Assembly (NCBI RefSeq): GCF_018977255.1
Contig: NW_024704743.1
Span: 97,838,001-97,902,000, forward strand
Reading direction: 5' to 3'
Origin: Callorhinchus milii
Lineage: Eukaryota
DNA: 64,000 nt
Positions 24,941 to 38,450 of this stretch are shown piece after piece. Numbering within the stretch: the first letter of the stretch is position 1; the number at the start of each line of letters is the position of its first letter. The notes under the pieces are model-generated. The model had not been told where the DNA came from and searched no databases. It saw only the letters and a list, made by a program, of their open reading frames with translations. The translations under genes were made by a program, and so were the position numbers.

Positions 24941-25319
24941 TATATAACCGTTTGCAAAATCTCAGTAAATGATTCATATTGAAATTTATGTTGTACGTAT
25001 CTGTTGAAATTCATTAAGTCAGATGCCAAGCAAAGCTGGTCTGCCAAAACAGCATCATGCCACTCTCACTTGTTATTTCCTGCTGAAAGTGGTTGTTTGA
25101 AAATCTGGCTTTTTAAATCAGGACAGCATTTACATGTTGAGCACAGACTTAAACCACCACACACAGAGATATTAATGAAACATAACAGTAGAGATTTGGT
25201 GGTGCAAGAGGGAAACCCATCCCAGATTCATGTTCTGAAAATGGCTTCACTCTGCTGACTAAACAAGACAGAATCCATCATATGTATAGATTTGCTTTAT
25301 ATATGTGGCATGTCACAGC

Positions 25320-25495
25320 ATCCAGAATTTTGCAATTTCTTAATTTTGAAGCTGGTATCCTGTAAAAATTCTTTTAAGAACTGCAGAAAACCGACTTCAA
25401 AATTGAGACTAAATTCAACAATGTGCCAGATTCTAGATGCTCTGCAATACAAAGAAAGCAGATTAAATCTAAACCCAGGTGGAATTTCTCTCCCT
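25320..25495. repeat. AT-rich foldback/MITE-like family member
   Basis: Shares CTTCAAAAT..ATT.TAGATGCTCT..AAATC.A.ACCCAGGTG with 28430-28565 and part of this with 1650-1745. Confidence 0.55.
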
Positions 25496-26199
25496 GAATG
25501 TTTAAATGAAATGAGTTTGAGAGTATCAACCCAGTTCCTTGTGGGAAACCTTGTAAATTCCAAGCTCGTGTAAAAGGATTCTCTTCTGAAGCTGGGATCA
25601 AGTTAAATTATTGTAGCGATAGAGGGAGATTTGTCCAACAATTAATTCTCACTTTACATAAACTGAGAACAAAACGCTGCAAAAATGTTTTGTTTTGCAA
25701 AATAAATCACACCTCACTGTGCATAAAATTTACAACACATTTAAAAAAAACTCATTTTGACTGAAATCAATTCTTCATATGGAGCAAAAGTTACAATAAT
25801 CCTTGAATTTGGTATATTGTGCCTTATTATTTTGTCAAACGTTTCAAGGCGCTTCTCAGGATTTTACTATAGAGTGCAATAACTGTATTTGTAGATGAAT
25901 GCAGATGCCACTTTGTGCCCAGCAGTATTCTAAATATAGCCAAATTCTTCGATCAATCAATATTCTGGAAGGATGAGATCAAATGGACAATGGGGATCAT
26001 GGCCCCTTCAATAAAACAATATTTCATTTCAGCTACAAATCTACCTGTCTTAGATAAAAGCCATTTTTGTGCCAGATATTACACCATAGTTATCAGATCT
26101 TCTACCCAGACATTATTTTCTACAAAAAGCAACATCACCCATTCATTTTTGTGGCCTTGCAAAGGGGAGCTACCTCTGTAGGAGGGCTACCTCAGAAAT

Positions 26200-26420
26200 A
26201 TAATAATAATATTGCGTTGGATATAGCACCTAATCACGTTGTTGATATTTCTGAAAGCGCTTTACAGAATGTACTGTAAAATGGATTGGCTGTGTATTTT
26301 GTGGGTGAAATGCAGCAGCCAATTGTGCACAACAATGTCCCACAATCAATCGTGGATTGAGTGACCACATTTTTTGCCAATCAACTAACAAGCAGGTTCC
26401 TACTTAACGCTAGGTGAACA
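26200..26420 (-). mobile_element. tRNA-SINE long form, headless
   Basis: Tail, body and GCCAATCAACTAACAAGCAGGTTCCTACTTAACGCTAGGTGAACAG (long-form segment). Confidence 0.8.
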
Positions 26421-26473
26421 GAACTATGTGTGCATGGGTGCGTGCATGTTCATCAATGATTTGGAAGTTATAT

Positions 26474-26778
26474 ATAATAATCCTTGTGTTTGATATAGCG
26501 CTTTTTACGTCTTTGAGATGTCTCAAAGCGCTTCACAGAATACACTGTAAAGTGAATTGACTATATTTGTGGGAGAAACGCAGCAGCCAATTGCACAAAG
26601 CAGTGTCCCACAAACAGTCGTGGATTGAGTGACCAAATTATTATTATTGTTTTTTTTCTTGAGGGATTATTATCAGGGGTGTGGAGTAAGGAAACTTGCA
26701 CAAGGTTTTGCCCTGCTAGGATTCAAACCCAGGTCTCTCCCTTGCGAGGCGAGTGGTCTAACCACTGAGCTACAGGAT
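26474..26778 (-). mobile_element. tRNA-SINE, short form
   Basis: Complete reverse-complement copy ending ACCACTGAGCTACAGGA. Confidence 0.92.
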
Positions 26779-27574
26779 TTGACAATGACCAAAATAGAGA
26801 AAACTGAAATTATTGGTATATAGAACAGAAGTTCGTATTTGCTAGACCTTGACAATGAAGAGTACCAACAAAAGGTTCAAATTCACAGTTTCTGTAAGAA
26901 GCAGTTTTAAGCAATAATAATAATCCTTGTGTTTGAGATAGCAGATTTTGTTTCTGGAGAACATCACAAAGTGCCTCACAAGATTTTAATGTGAAGTGGA
27001 GTGACTGTATTTTGTGGGCAAGTGCAGCAGCTCAATTGCACGAATCCGAGAATCTATTGGCCGACCATCATTCAAACTCTGCAAATATCAACTTTACTAT
27101 CGGGACAGATGGCCACTTTCAAACAAAGGCATTCAATATGGTTAGGTTTCTGCTGAAGTGACAGGGGAGCAGCAGGCTGCAAGTGAAATGCCTTTAGGCA
27201 GCATTAAGGATGCTAAGGAGCACATCACAGTGATTCTGGCTAGGGTAAGGGGAGGCCAACCTTCACAGCCATAATGATTTTCAAACAACCTTCAAGTTGA
27301 CCAAGAATATAAACTGCCTCAAGTGTCCTGTCTCATCTAATGAATTATGAATTATGAACATCCACAGTTCAATAACTTCACACTTCAGACAGACTTGGAC
27401 ATCGCTTATGTGACTCAGGTGGAAAAAGAAACTGCACCTACAGCTTTTAGTATTACATGTTACAGGATTTTCAGATTGTTTGGGGTCATCTGAGTGTCCG
27501 ATACACAGGGAAAACGATAGTCAACAACAATAACAGCAACTTGCATTTATGTATTGCTATTCATGCAAGGTAGC

Positions 27575-28095
27575 ATCACCATGCTTAAGCAAATCCAAAC
27601 TAGACTGAGTGCTCCAAATATGTATGCCACCTACACATGAAATTTGTTCTATGTCTGGAATGGAACACACTCTTTCTCTCTCTGTGGTGGGATGTACCGT
27701 GATTATCTACTGCATCTCCAACGTCTACAAAAAAAAAACAAGGTTTGGGGACCCCAGAGTTTGCGTTTGGGTACTGCTGGAGTTTAACCAGCTAAAAGGC
27801 CATAAGCTTGTCTTTGAGAGCATTGCCCAGCAAACTTATTGTTGATTGTCCAGTAAGGACAACCCTACCCAGTATGGCTAAGCTTACAGAAGCTGTGTGA
27901 AATGAGACCCTGCCCCAGTGATTGGCCTGCCCTCCAAGTCATCAGTGCTCTGGAGTACTGCGGCCCTGACTGGCTCAGGAACCAGACTACTGAGACTGCC
28001 ATAGAGGGCTGGCTCGATTCTAACATTGTTTTGCAACTATGTCACCTTGGAGCCAGCTCAGTTCCAAGGAGACCTGCCTTATCTCTCCCTTTCCC
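27575..28095 (-). repeat. Family X copy
   Basis: Colinear with 18295-18822 and 3450-3912. Confidence 0.8.
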
Positions 28096-29785
28096 CAGAC
28101 CGATATTCTGGTCACTAGTTGGATTTTTAGATGAGATTATGATCAGTCTGCTGATACACATTGCATTCTTTCCATCAAGGTGCATTTAATTCCATCGAAC
28201 TGTGTCTGAACCATTTGTAGGTTGGAATTGATTAAATGTCTGTCAGTCAGTGAGGGGTCGGTTGTGGTCTCTAGATTAAGGTTGGATTAGTATTTGGATT
28301 CAAACCTCTTCTAACAATATTACAATGAGGTGACCAGCCTTGGCTTTAGTAACTACTCAAAAAAAGCAGAGACAAAGAGGGAGAACATGTAGAATTTGAC
28401 CAATCATTCAATTCACTCCTAACTTAGAAGATAGTTTTTGGAAGTTCTTAAAAGAAAGTTGCAAAATAAATCTTCAAAATAAAGGCTGTATTAAAGAATT
28501 TGTCAAATTATAGATGCTCTAAAATGCTACACAAGTAGAGTAAATCCAGACCCAGGTGCAATAACCCTCCAATACAATCCTAACAAAGGGTTTCATAGAA
28601 CATGGAGGAGACCATTTGCTTGCCATTGTGTTTAGAAAATCATTTGAGCCCCTCAATGTTTTACTGACTCTAACCTACTCCTGTCCATGTATTAATGAAT
28701 GTATATTGATTTTTTTTCTTTTTAATCCTCTTAATCTTGTCCTTACACAATCAATCCTTGAATGAGATCTGAAAGTCCCAGATATTACAATTGCTTGATA
28801 GATTCTGCTCTCTATTGTTTTTAAGTTCAGATGAAACATTTTGCAGTAAAATGTTGCAGAAATTTTAAGTTTTAATATTTCCACATCAAAAGTTATTTGC
28901 CTAACATCTGCAAATGAATACATTGCATAAAGTACATAATACAAAGAATTGTATGTCAACCTTTTCAGTTGGTAGCTCTTTCACCTCTGATTCAGAAAGT
29001 TGGGGTTCAAGCCCCTTGTGGGGCTTGAACCACCAACTAAAATGAATGAAAGTGAATAGAATAGGATAGGCTTGGTACAAATCAATACACTTGCTGCATT
29101 TTAGGAACAAAATAGTGATAATGCACCATTTCAAATACAAAGATTATATTGTTATAAAAAAACTCATTTGTCTAAGTAGCTCCCATATCATGTTGGATAG
29201 CTGTTTATTGAACACATTCCAACTTCTCCAGTAAATGACCTAATTTAGCCTCACCTCTCACCCATTTACCTTGCCTCCCACTCTTTAAAACTACAAGATG
29301 TTTATCCAAATGCCCAAAATGTTAATATATATCCCTCTCTTTAACTCTCCTCATTATTTCAATACTTTGTTATCTCTACCTTAACAAAAATTGAAATGCC
29401 ACCTACTGGATTCAACAAATGAAATGTGTAAGCTCATTTAGTCACATTATTATTCTTAAATATAAGATCAAGAATCCATGAAATAGAAAATCTTAGTAAT
29501 CTCTCTAGGACAAAATAAATTTGTTTCCCAATTTTCCTCTAAGCCTTTCTAACGGTTGAAAAAGTCAAAGACATGGATTGTAAGAATTAATCAGTGTCTG
29601 GGCATCAATCAAAAACATGAATCATTACATTCCTAAATCCTCCCTTTATATTGGTACCTTGTTAGCTAAATCCACAGACTTGCCCATCTGTTCTAATAAA
29701 CACATTTTTTATGCATTAACTCTTTGCAGCTGTTGTGAAAACTTGAATTCAATAAAAGTTTCAAAACTATTGTGTTTCTGCAAGC

Positions 29786-30250
29786 CATGAGCCTGGCAAA
29801 GTTGGTAGCACTCTTATTTCTGAGTCAGAAGGTTGTGGGTTCAAGACCCACATTTTTGGACATTGAACTCGGGCCAGGCTGACACTCCAGGGCAGTGCTT
29901 GGAGAGCACTGCATTGATGGAGATGCCATCCTTTGGGTGAGAAGTTAAACTGAGATTCTCTCTGCTTGTTCAGGTACAGGTTAAAGATTCCATGGCACAA
30001 GTCGAAAAGAGAAGGGAATTTCTCCCAATGTCCTAGCCAACAATCCCCCAGATAAAATTGATCATTCGCCCACAAAATATACAGTCAATTCACTTTATAA
30101 TATATTCCGTGAAGGGCTTTGAGGCACTTTATCAAATGCAAGGATCATTATTATTATCATTCACTTCATGGCTGTGTATCAATGCGTTTGCCTACAAAAT
30201 TCAATTTATATTAAATCCCGTGAAGCACTTTAAGACATCTCAGCGTCATG
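29786..30250 (+). mobile_element. Deu-SINE containing a nested SINE-tail insertion
   Basis: Head GTTGGTAGCACTC..GAGTCAGAAGGTTGTGGGTTCAAG, Deu core; insert 30068-30155 flanked by ATCATTC. Confidence 0.85.
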
Positions 30251-30254
30251 ATAA

Positions 30255-30610
30255 TGGAATGCATTACCTGAAAGAGTGGTGGAAGCCGATTCAATACAAC
30301 AACAAGATTACATTTGTATAGCGCCTTTCACGTCAGGAGGACGTCCCAAGGTGCTGAAACAACTTTTAAGAGTGAAATAGATAATTATTTGGGGAGGACA
30401 AGATTGCAGGGCTATGGTGAGAGACCAGGGGAATGGGATTGAATTGGATAGCTCTTTTCAAAGAGCCGGCACAGACTCGATGGGCTAAATGGCCCCCTTC
30501 TGTGCTGTTTAATTGTATGATTCCAGGTAAAGAGCAGCCATGATCTAATAGAATGGCAGACCAGGCTCAATGGGCTGAATGGCCTTCTCCTTTTACTATG
30601 TTCTTATGTT
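30255..30610 (+). mobile_element. CR1 ORF2 C-terminus/3' UTR, split by an L2 tail, followed by a second CR1-type tail
   Basis: WNALPERVVEADSI|TTFKSEIDNYL; ATGGGCTAAATGGCCCCCTTCTGTGCTGT; CAGCCATGATCT..GAATGGC..TATGTTCTTATGTTC. Confidence 0.85.
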
Positions 30611-30639
30611 CAAGCTTGGAATGCTGGGTTCAAGCTTGG

Positions 30640-30900
30640 AATGCTGTCTTTTGGATGAGAAGTTAAATTGAGGTCCTATCTGCCTGTTCAGATGGTCGTT
30701 AAAGAACACATGACATCATTGAAAAAGAGAAGAGAGTTTCCCCTGGTGAACAGACAAACAATCTTCCAGACAAATTGTTCCATCACCTTCTGGCTGTCGG
30801 TGGGTCAAATTGCTGTGCACAAATTGGCTGCTGTGTTCACCTACAAATACAGTCACTGAGGCATTTTGACATCTTTGATACAATATCAAATGCAAGGATA
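30640..30900 (+). mobile_element. Deu-SINE fragment
   Basis: TTTTGGATGAGAAGTTAAATTGAGGTCC..GCTGTGCACAAATTGGCTG..ATCAAATGCAAGGAT. Confidence 0.75.
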
Positions 30901-31544
30901 TAACCAAAGAATGTCACCTCCAATAATGTAGTGCTCCACCCTCACTCCCCACAAGTACTGCATTGGAATGTCAGACTATGAGTTAAAACTCCCAATGTGA
31001 ATCCTGAACCCATAACCTTCTGATAAATGATGATTAGCACTGGTTATAATTTTCACTGGAGGTAATTAATATAGCACTCATTACAATTTTCACCCATCCT
31101 CTCCAATACTAGCTCACAATGTGTATCCAGTTAAAAAAAACCCAGCTGAAATGAATTTGTCTTGATGCCTTATAGTCTCTCAACCCTTCAATCTATCATC
31201 CCTCTCCCTTGTCCGTCTGCCTTATAGTCAGTCAGTTGTATCACAGTACCTGGAGCTACATAAAACTGAGTGGTATTCCATAACAGTCCAACTACAAGTC
31301 CATAAGTCATCCTAACTGAATAGTTCTTGGCCTCTGTCAAGATGAATGACCACACAAATATTATTAATATTTTTGAAAAAATGTTTTGGAATGCCAATAT
31401 TTCATGATGTTACTGTGGTAGTGGGCATTAAACACTGAAAGGAACCTGTCTACTTGTGACTTGACCCTCACAGCTCACGTGTGACTTAGTCATTAACCAG
31501 TGTTAGAGGGATGAGCTATGAGCAATAATTAGATAGGGTAGGGG

Positions 31545-31830
31545 CCTTCAGCCTTGATAGGAGAGAGGACATCATAGAGGTATATATAATATTCTAAAAG
31601 AATTGAGAAAGTAAAACCAGAACAATGCTTTCAGATATGGCAAGGCAGTATGTTCAGAGTTGCAGAGGGCAATTAATGACTGGAACAGGTTAGGTTGAGG
31701 CCAGGACAGTAAGCCTATTTAGGAAACAGCTTGATGCTGTGATGAAAAGATGAAAGGATGGGAATTGAGGAAGGATGAGACCAAATGGGCTGAAGGACCA
31801 TTTCCATTCAAACCCATCCTGTAATGTGCT
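31545..31830 (+). mobile_element. Highly decayed CR1 3' fragment
   Basis: TTCAGCCTTGA..GAGAGGACATCATAGAGGTATAT..ATTCTAAAAG (LRGDxIEVYxIL-like); AATGGGCTGAAGGACC tail. Confidence 0.55.
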
Positions 31831-32240
31831 GCGATGATATGATATGTATTCAGGTCAGGGCGCTGAATGGTTTTGTTTTTACGATGTATGCCATTTAAAA
31901 CACAAAGTTGGAATGACTTTCTATTATCTCTTGGGCCTGAGTTGCAGAATTAATTCCATGGATGTTAGACAGCACCATGAGCAGGAAATCTTCTTGAAGA
32001 GAACGTTAACAACAACAACTTGGATTTATATTGCGCCCTCCACGCTGAACGGTGTCTCAGAGTACTTCAAAGTAACATCTGGCTAATAAACTGAGCATGG
32101 CTCCCTCATCTCAAAAGAGAAGGTACATCAGCAGTGAATGACATGGCTCGAAAGCAGAATTAACTTTAGCAAATGTCTATATACTCTTTAAAGCTAAAAT
32201 CCCAGCGTATATCTGTGAGTGTGTAGGCAACTCAATACTC

Positions 32241-32560
32241 GTGGAGTCCTGTAGCTCAGTGGTTAGAGCACTCGCTTTGCAAGTGAGAGACCTGAGTTCA
32301 ATTCCAGGCAGGGCGAAACCTTGGGCAAGTTTCTTTACTCCACACGCCTAATAATAATCCCTCCAAAACAAAAAATAATAATAAATTGGTCATCTTTAAT
32401 CTACGACTGTTTGTGGGACATTGCTGTGCGCAATTGGCTGCCGCGTTCGCCCACAAATATACAGTCAATTCACTTTACAGTGTGTGTTCTGTGAAGCGCT
32501 TTGGGACATCCTCCCGACGTGAAAAGCGCTATATCAAACCAAGGATTATTATTATTATTA
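32241..32560 (+). mobile_element. Young tRNA-SINE, short form, full length
   Basis: Near-identical to the copies at 6374 and 13293. Confidence 0.95.
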
Positions 32561-32636
32561 CAGTAGCGAACTGTCGGAAAATCAACTTTTTGTTATTTAG
32601 CATTAATTCTGAGCTAGGGATGAAACTCATTCAACA

Positions 32637-33098
32637 AGGTACTCCAAGGCACTGTTGATGACAGACCAACCAATCTGGCTTGTCAGCAGGACTTGGAGAA
32701 TCAGATCAGTCGCTGGGGGATGGGTTTCTTCCCGCTCGGCCCCTGTTAACTCGAAAGCTAAAGCTCTAATGGTTAGTGGGTCCTACCTGGACCAGCAGTG
32801 AGAGGTTTACGAGTGAGGTTTGAAAATGACAAACTACAGGTGTTTGGCTGGTTTAACCTCCAGCAGTAAACCAATGCACACTCTGGGGTTCCCTAGCCAT
32901 GGCTCTTGCCAACCTGCGCCTAATACTTTCCAGGATTAAATGAGCAGAATGAGTCCCTCCAGGGAGTGAAGCCATCCTCAAAACCAGACAAAGAGAGATT
33001 TCCATGTGTATGTGGATCTTTCAGTAATTTGTTTTGGAGAGTCTTAAGGACAGCAATGGGTTTCCACTTGCGTCAGACTTCTAAGTGATTAAAACAAA
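32637..33098 (+). repeat. Family X copy
   Basis: GCACACTCTGGGG..CTTGCCAACCTGCGCCTAATACTTTCC..TCCCTCCAGGGAG matches 44850-44940. Confidence 0.8.
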
Positions 33099-33232
33099 GC
33101 AAGCTTTCTAACGTCATGTCTCAGCTTGTTTTACCTTGTCTATTTTTAGATCAGCAATTGTTTACTTATAGAGAGTAGTGAGAGACTGCTTACATTACCA
33201 TGAATTATTAGTAATTATTACTCTATCAGGTT

Positions 33233-33505
33233 TGTCCTGTGCATCCCACCATCTGCAGTCGAGCAAATGGGCTTTCACCCATACTGCCCCTGCTCTCTGG
33301 AACTCTATCTCCATCCCTCAGTTCCCTCTCTCATGTCATTCAAGGTTCATTTTAAGATGTACCTCCTTAACCATGCTTTCAGTCAGCTTCCCCTCCTCCA
33401 CATCCCTTCAGATCTTATCCCCAGCTTAGATGCCCAGCCAGTAGTGTTAAGCACTATGAGACATCCTCCCGACGGGGAAGGCACTATATAAATAGAAATT
33501 GTATT
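33233..33505 (+). mobile_element. L2 3' fragment
   Basis: WAFTHTAPALWNS-like peptide; FKVHFKMYL; tail GAAGGCACTATAAAATAGAAATTG. Confidence 0.75.
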
Positions 33506-33569
33506 ATATGTCAGATGGTTAAAAGAATCCATTTTGTGGGGGTCATGGTGTGCCCTACGAACAAGAAGA

Positions 33570-33960
33570 ATTCAGATGTTCAAAAAGAGAAGGGAGTTTC
33601 TCCCGGTGTCCTGGCCAACAATTGCACAGATAAGATCGGGCATTCACTTCATGGAGATTTGTGGAACATTGCTGTGCTCAACTGGGCTACAGCTTTTGCT
33701 TATAAATAGTCACTTTACAGTAAATCCTGTAAAACGTTTTGAGACATCTTCATGATGTGCCTTCAGCCACTGTGCCCCTACCTTCTGGAAATCCCTGCCT
33801 CAATCCTTCTGCCTCACCCCCTCTTTATTTATCTTTAAATCCCACTTGAAGATCTATCTCTTTAATCACTCCTGTGTCTACCTCCCCCTCCCCCTTTGCT
33901 TGGAGTCCAACCCCACCCCTGTCCTGTGTAGAGGGCTCTATCTAAATGCAAGCAGTTGTT
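33570..33960 (+). mobile_element. Deu-SINE 3' fragment followed by an L2 3' fragment
   Basis: GGAGTTTCTCCCGGTGTCCTGGCCAA; then GCCTTCAGCCACTGTGCCCCTACCTTCTGGAAATCCCTGCCT..CTAAATGCAAGCAGTTGTTG. Confidence 0.75.
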
Positions 33961-34189
33961 GGCATTGCAAACTTGATTTATATTGCAGGAGCCATTTATC
34001 AAGTCTTCCACTTCCTCCAGCCAAGCCAGAAAGACTAAAGCCGATGTACCTTATGCTGTTAATACAATACAAAACAATAATACAATTTATGTCGGAGGAC
34101 TTCTCAAAGCATTTAACACTGCTGGCTGGGTACCTGAGCTGACGCTGGGAACAGAACAGAATGATGAGAGGAAGAATGACTCAAAGATG

Positions 34190-34318
34190 ATTGTTTTAAA
34201 TTTTAAGATTGTACAGAATTTGGGAAATTCTCAGATCTTCCAGTTTTCAAAGAACTTCCAAATTGACACTGTGTTTTAGAATGACGTAAGATTCTGCACA
34301 ATCTCAAATTTTAAGACG
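34190..34318. repeat. Foldback element core with inverted arms
   Basis: 34198-34219 AAATTTTAAGATTGTACAGAAT pairs with 34291-34312 ATTCTGCACAATCTCAAATTTT (19/22). Confidence 0.7.
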
Positions 34319-34597
34319 TGTTTGGCAGAGACTGAGGAAACGGCTATTAGTGCTGATGTTGGCTAATTTGTTTCATATTGTTTTATAATATTTTATACAA
34401 TCACCTTTTTAATAAGATAAGTTTGTAGGGGTAGTCCCTCAAGAGCTTTAAAAATCAATTATTTTAAAATCAGTTTATTTTGTAACTGTGTGTTACAGAC
34501 TGGATTTATATTGCAGGAGATGATTGCATGTCATGAGGAGCAGTGCATGGAATAGAAATTAAAATCTTATTTATATTGCCTTTTTAGCATTGGCTGG

Positions 34598-34782
34598 ACA
34601 ACAACAACTTGCATTTATATAGCGCCCTTCGTGTCATGAAAGCACGGCCGCCGACAGTGGGGCAGATGGTCTGGGGGACAAGGAGGAGGCAGGAGCCAGT
34701 TGAGTGGAGGCAGCGGGTAGGTGTGTAGGGATAGAGCAGGTTGGAGAGATAAGGGGTGCCAAGGCATGAAGGGATTTAAATA
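34598..34782 (-). mobile_element. L2 3' fragment with internal deletion
   Basis: ACAACAACAACTTGCATTTATATAGCGCCCTT tail; minus frame FKSLHALAPLISPTC-like segment. Confidence 0.7.
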
Positions 34783-35938
34783 GCATAGTCAATAGCATCA
34801 GCTACGTGCTATCTATGCAGTATAAACTGTACAGTATAAACACAGTAAAACTCACATAAGTCTGATCTATATGAATTGTGTAATCATATAATCAAAATAT
34901 ACAGTCAATCCACTTTACAGTATATTCTGTGAAGCGCTTTGCGAAGGGATTTACTGTAAGGTGACTATTTATACATCTGTGCAAGTCCCATGCAAAAGTT
35001 TATATTCTCTGTAAGTTTCACATAACTCATACTTTGCATAAGTCATATTAAATGTATGTTCCCAACTGATACAACTTATGTGAGGTTCATTGTAGTGCAC
35101 TGGATAGCTGGATTATGCCAAATTTTAAGCATGATCCTTATATGTTTTTAAATATAAAATGAGAAGTTTCCATGTGAAAAAAAATCCATTAAAAATGAGC
35201 ATCCCTTTGACACAGAGAAGGTAAAATATATAGATTGTACTACACTGCTGAACCGAGGATACAATTTAATTGTAACTTTGATATGAAGATCCACTTGATA
35301 ATTTAAATCATGTTCTACAGCCTTGCACAATAAGTACTCAAGGCTTGCACGTGCATAGTCGGCGTAACCATTATGAAATGAAATGTTCAGGCCTCCAACT
35401 GTTCGACTGGACCTTATGACTGCAAAGTCCTGACGTGGAGTTTTATTATTGTTACAAGAGGAGTACAGCGGCCACAGGCCACAGCACAATGATTTTTACA
35501 TTTGGTAATTAAGGAAAGCCTCTTCCATGCATAGGTGGGAAGTAGAATACTCTTAAACATGGTGATCGGTTTCCACATGTGTAAGACATCTGACTGACCA
35601 AATAAAAGCCCTAAAAGATAGCTTGTTCCTATAGGCCTTTTATAAGGGCACAAAGCACTCAAAATGTCTCAAAGCGCTTCACGGGATTTACTGTAAATTG
35701 CAATGACTGCAGATTTGTAGATGAATGCCCCAAGCCAATTTACGAACAGCAATGTTCCACAATAGCCATGAAATGAAAGATCATTTATCTCGGAGGTTGT
35801 TGGCCAGGGTGCCGGGAGAAACAGACAAGACATTGGTGAAGGACAAGATCTTAGAAGACATATTGTTCCCCAAAAGTGGTGTGTCAGCCTTGACTGTGAG
35901 CTCAAGGTTTGAAGATAGAAAATACTTACAGGAATACA

Positions 35939-36250
35939 GGAGTCCTGTAGCTTAGTGGTTAGAGCACTCGCCTCTCAAGCGAGAGACCTAGGTTCAATTC
36001 CCGGCAGGGCGAAACCTTGGTCAAGTTTCCTTACTCCGCATGCCTGATAATAATTCTTCAAAAAAAATAATAAGATTGGTCACTTCAATCCACAACTGTT
36101 TGTGGGACACTGCTGTGAGCAATTGACTGCCGCGTTTCGCCCACAAATGTACAGTCAATTCACTTTCCAATCTATTCTGCGAAAGTGCTTTGAGACGTCT
36201 CGAAGACATGAAAAAGCGCTATATCAAATGCAAGGATTATTATTATTATT
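35939..36250 (+). mobile_element. tRNA-SINE, short form
   Basis: A/B boxes, body, (ATT)n tail. Confidence 0.93.
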
Positions 36251-36532
36251 GCCAACTTCCAGTTGCCTCCTCTCTCTGTAGGAATCCTTCTGTGGGAATC
36301 TTCCATTAGGCAGAAAAATATCTGTGGCATCACTAGAAATAGTTGGTAATGCTTACCAACATTTCTTTAAATGTTGTTTCTCTCAAACTGCAATGTTTGT
36401 GAATTTGTGACTGGTTTATCTCAACTGCAATACCGGACACCAAGAATGTGGCCATAAAAGTTAAAAAAAAAACGCATTTCCTATGGAAACGCAGCTAGAA
36501 TGTGGAGGTAGTAAGACAAATAGAATTATAAC

Positions 36533-36739
36533 TAATAATAATAATCCTTGCATTTGATATAGCACTTTTCACGTCTTCTAGATTATGACCAATTTATTAT
36601 TGTTTTGTTTTGGAGGGATTATTATTAGGCGTGTGGAGTAAGGAAACTTGCCCAAGGTTTCGCCCTGCCTGGAATTTGCAATTGAACCCAGGTGTCTTGC
36701 TTGCAAGGCGAGTGCTCTAGCCACTGAGCTACAGGACTC
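36533..36739 (-). mobile_element. tRNA-SINE with large internal deletion
   Basis: Head and tail intact; TCTAGA joined almost directly to ATGACCAATTT, roughly 120 bp of body missing. Confidence 0.9.
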
Positions 36740-37474
36740 TATCTAATAAACCACCATCTGATGAAACTACCTGTCTTAACAGCAACACTGTGTTTTAATT
36801 ATCCTGAGGTGGTGACACATTGAAATGCTTTTTTTGGTAATACTGACAGGATGTTACAATTATATCTTAGACACATATTTTACCAATGTACTGGCCATGT
36901 GTAATTATATAATGCAGACACATTCTCACCGCTGTGCTTATAAAGTCCCCTGGAATGACTGGCTTTTCTCTTTTATTTTTAATGGTTAAGTGTCTTGAAA
37001 ACAGTCTTGAAGTGAGTTTTTTTTTTAACTTTGGAGATTATTAACTAGGACATTGGGAGAAACTCCCTTCTGTTTTCCATTCTTTGACATCCACCTGAAC
37101 AGCCAGATGGGTCCTTAGTTTAACGTTTCATCCAAAACACGGCACCTCCAAGAATGCAGCCCTCCCCTAGCACGACAAAGGCGTGTCATTATAGATTATC
37201 AAGTTAAAATCCTGTTGTGTATTTCTATATTAAATAGAAGTTTATTGTTTATTTATTTCCAGATTATCATTACTTTTTTGAATAAGCCAATAATTTAGGC
37301 ATGCTTGTGATTCAGCTGGAAGTGAATAGGGAGCTCATTCAGAACATAAACGTCTCTATCTGGGAAGAAACAGGGCTCAGATAATGTTGACTCCCAATGC
37401 TTGATTCCTACAGAGAGACGAGGCGCTGAGAAATACAGAGGGAAACAGCAATGTGTGTATTTCTATCTTCAAAC

Positions 37475-37745
37475 TTTGAGCTCACAATCTAGGCTAATGC
37501 TTCACTTTTGGGGGAGACTGTGTTGTCTGAGGTCTTGTATTTCAGATGTTAAAGTGGGGTCCTGTCTGCCTGCTCAGTTAAAAGTTAAAGATTCAATGTC
37601 ACTACTCAAAAAGAAAAGGGATTGTTTCCAGGTATCCTGACTGACAAATTGATCATTCACTACATGGCTGTTTGTTGGACAATCTCTGTGCAAATTGGCT
37701 GCCACATTTGGCTACGAGTATACAGTCACTACACTTTACAGCATT
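37475..37745 (+). mobile_element. Decayed Deu-SINE
   Basis: TTTCAGATGTTAAAGTGGGGTCCTGTCTGCC..AAAGATTCAATGTCACTA..CTGTGCAAATTGGCTGCC. Confidence 0.7.
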
Positions 37746-38450
37746 TCTTGGACAATGTCACTCTCTCAGTCAGCATCACGGCAGCAAGTTGAATTTGGTC
37801 ATTGACATCACTACTGTTTACAGGGTGTTGCTGGCACAGATAGCTGCTGAATACCCCTTGCACTTAGCTACTCCTTTAAAAGATACTTTTGAAAATTTCA
37901 CCAAATCTGTTGAAAAATTCCCATATTGTTAATTAATTTGATTTCAAGGCATCTGTGGGAGCTGAGATCAAGCAGCTCCTACTTATTACAACTCAGTAAG
38001 TCACCAGTTTATTTTAATGAGTTGACAACATAATCTTGCTAAATCCTGTCAAGATTTATTTATTCCTGATTGCAATCTTCTCTCTCCATCACATGCTGCT
38101 GGTGGATGGTCTCTATGGCAATCTGTGCAGTTTTAATCTAACTTTAGGATATCCTTGTAACCTTGCCTGCTTTAATCGGATCATGGCTGAGGCTTTAATC
38201 ACAAACTGGTTACTCCATGTGGTTCACCCTTTGCCAAAACACATATGAATCTGGTTCGTCCATGGATTTTTACGCAGCTATTATAAAATAAATCAATAAT
38301 ATAATAAAGAATACATTTGATACAGCACCGTTTACAATGGGAGGATGTCTCAAAGCACATAACAGGATTTACTGTAAAGTGGAGCGGCTGTATTTTGTGG
38401 GTGAACATGGCAGCCAAGTTTGTACAAAACAATTTCTCACAAACCGGAAG

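Noticed and set aside
35148..35489. 113-aa minus-strand ORF
   Set aside because: No recognisable domain; its start overlaps a family X fragment
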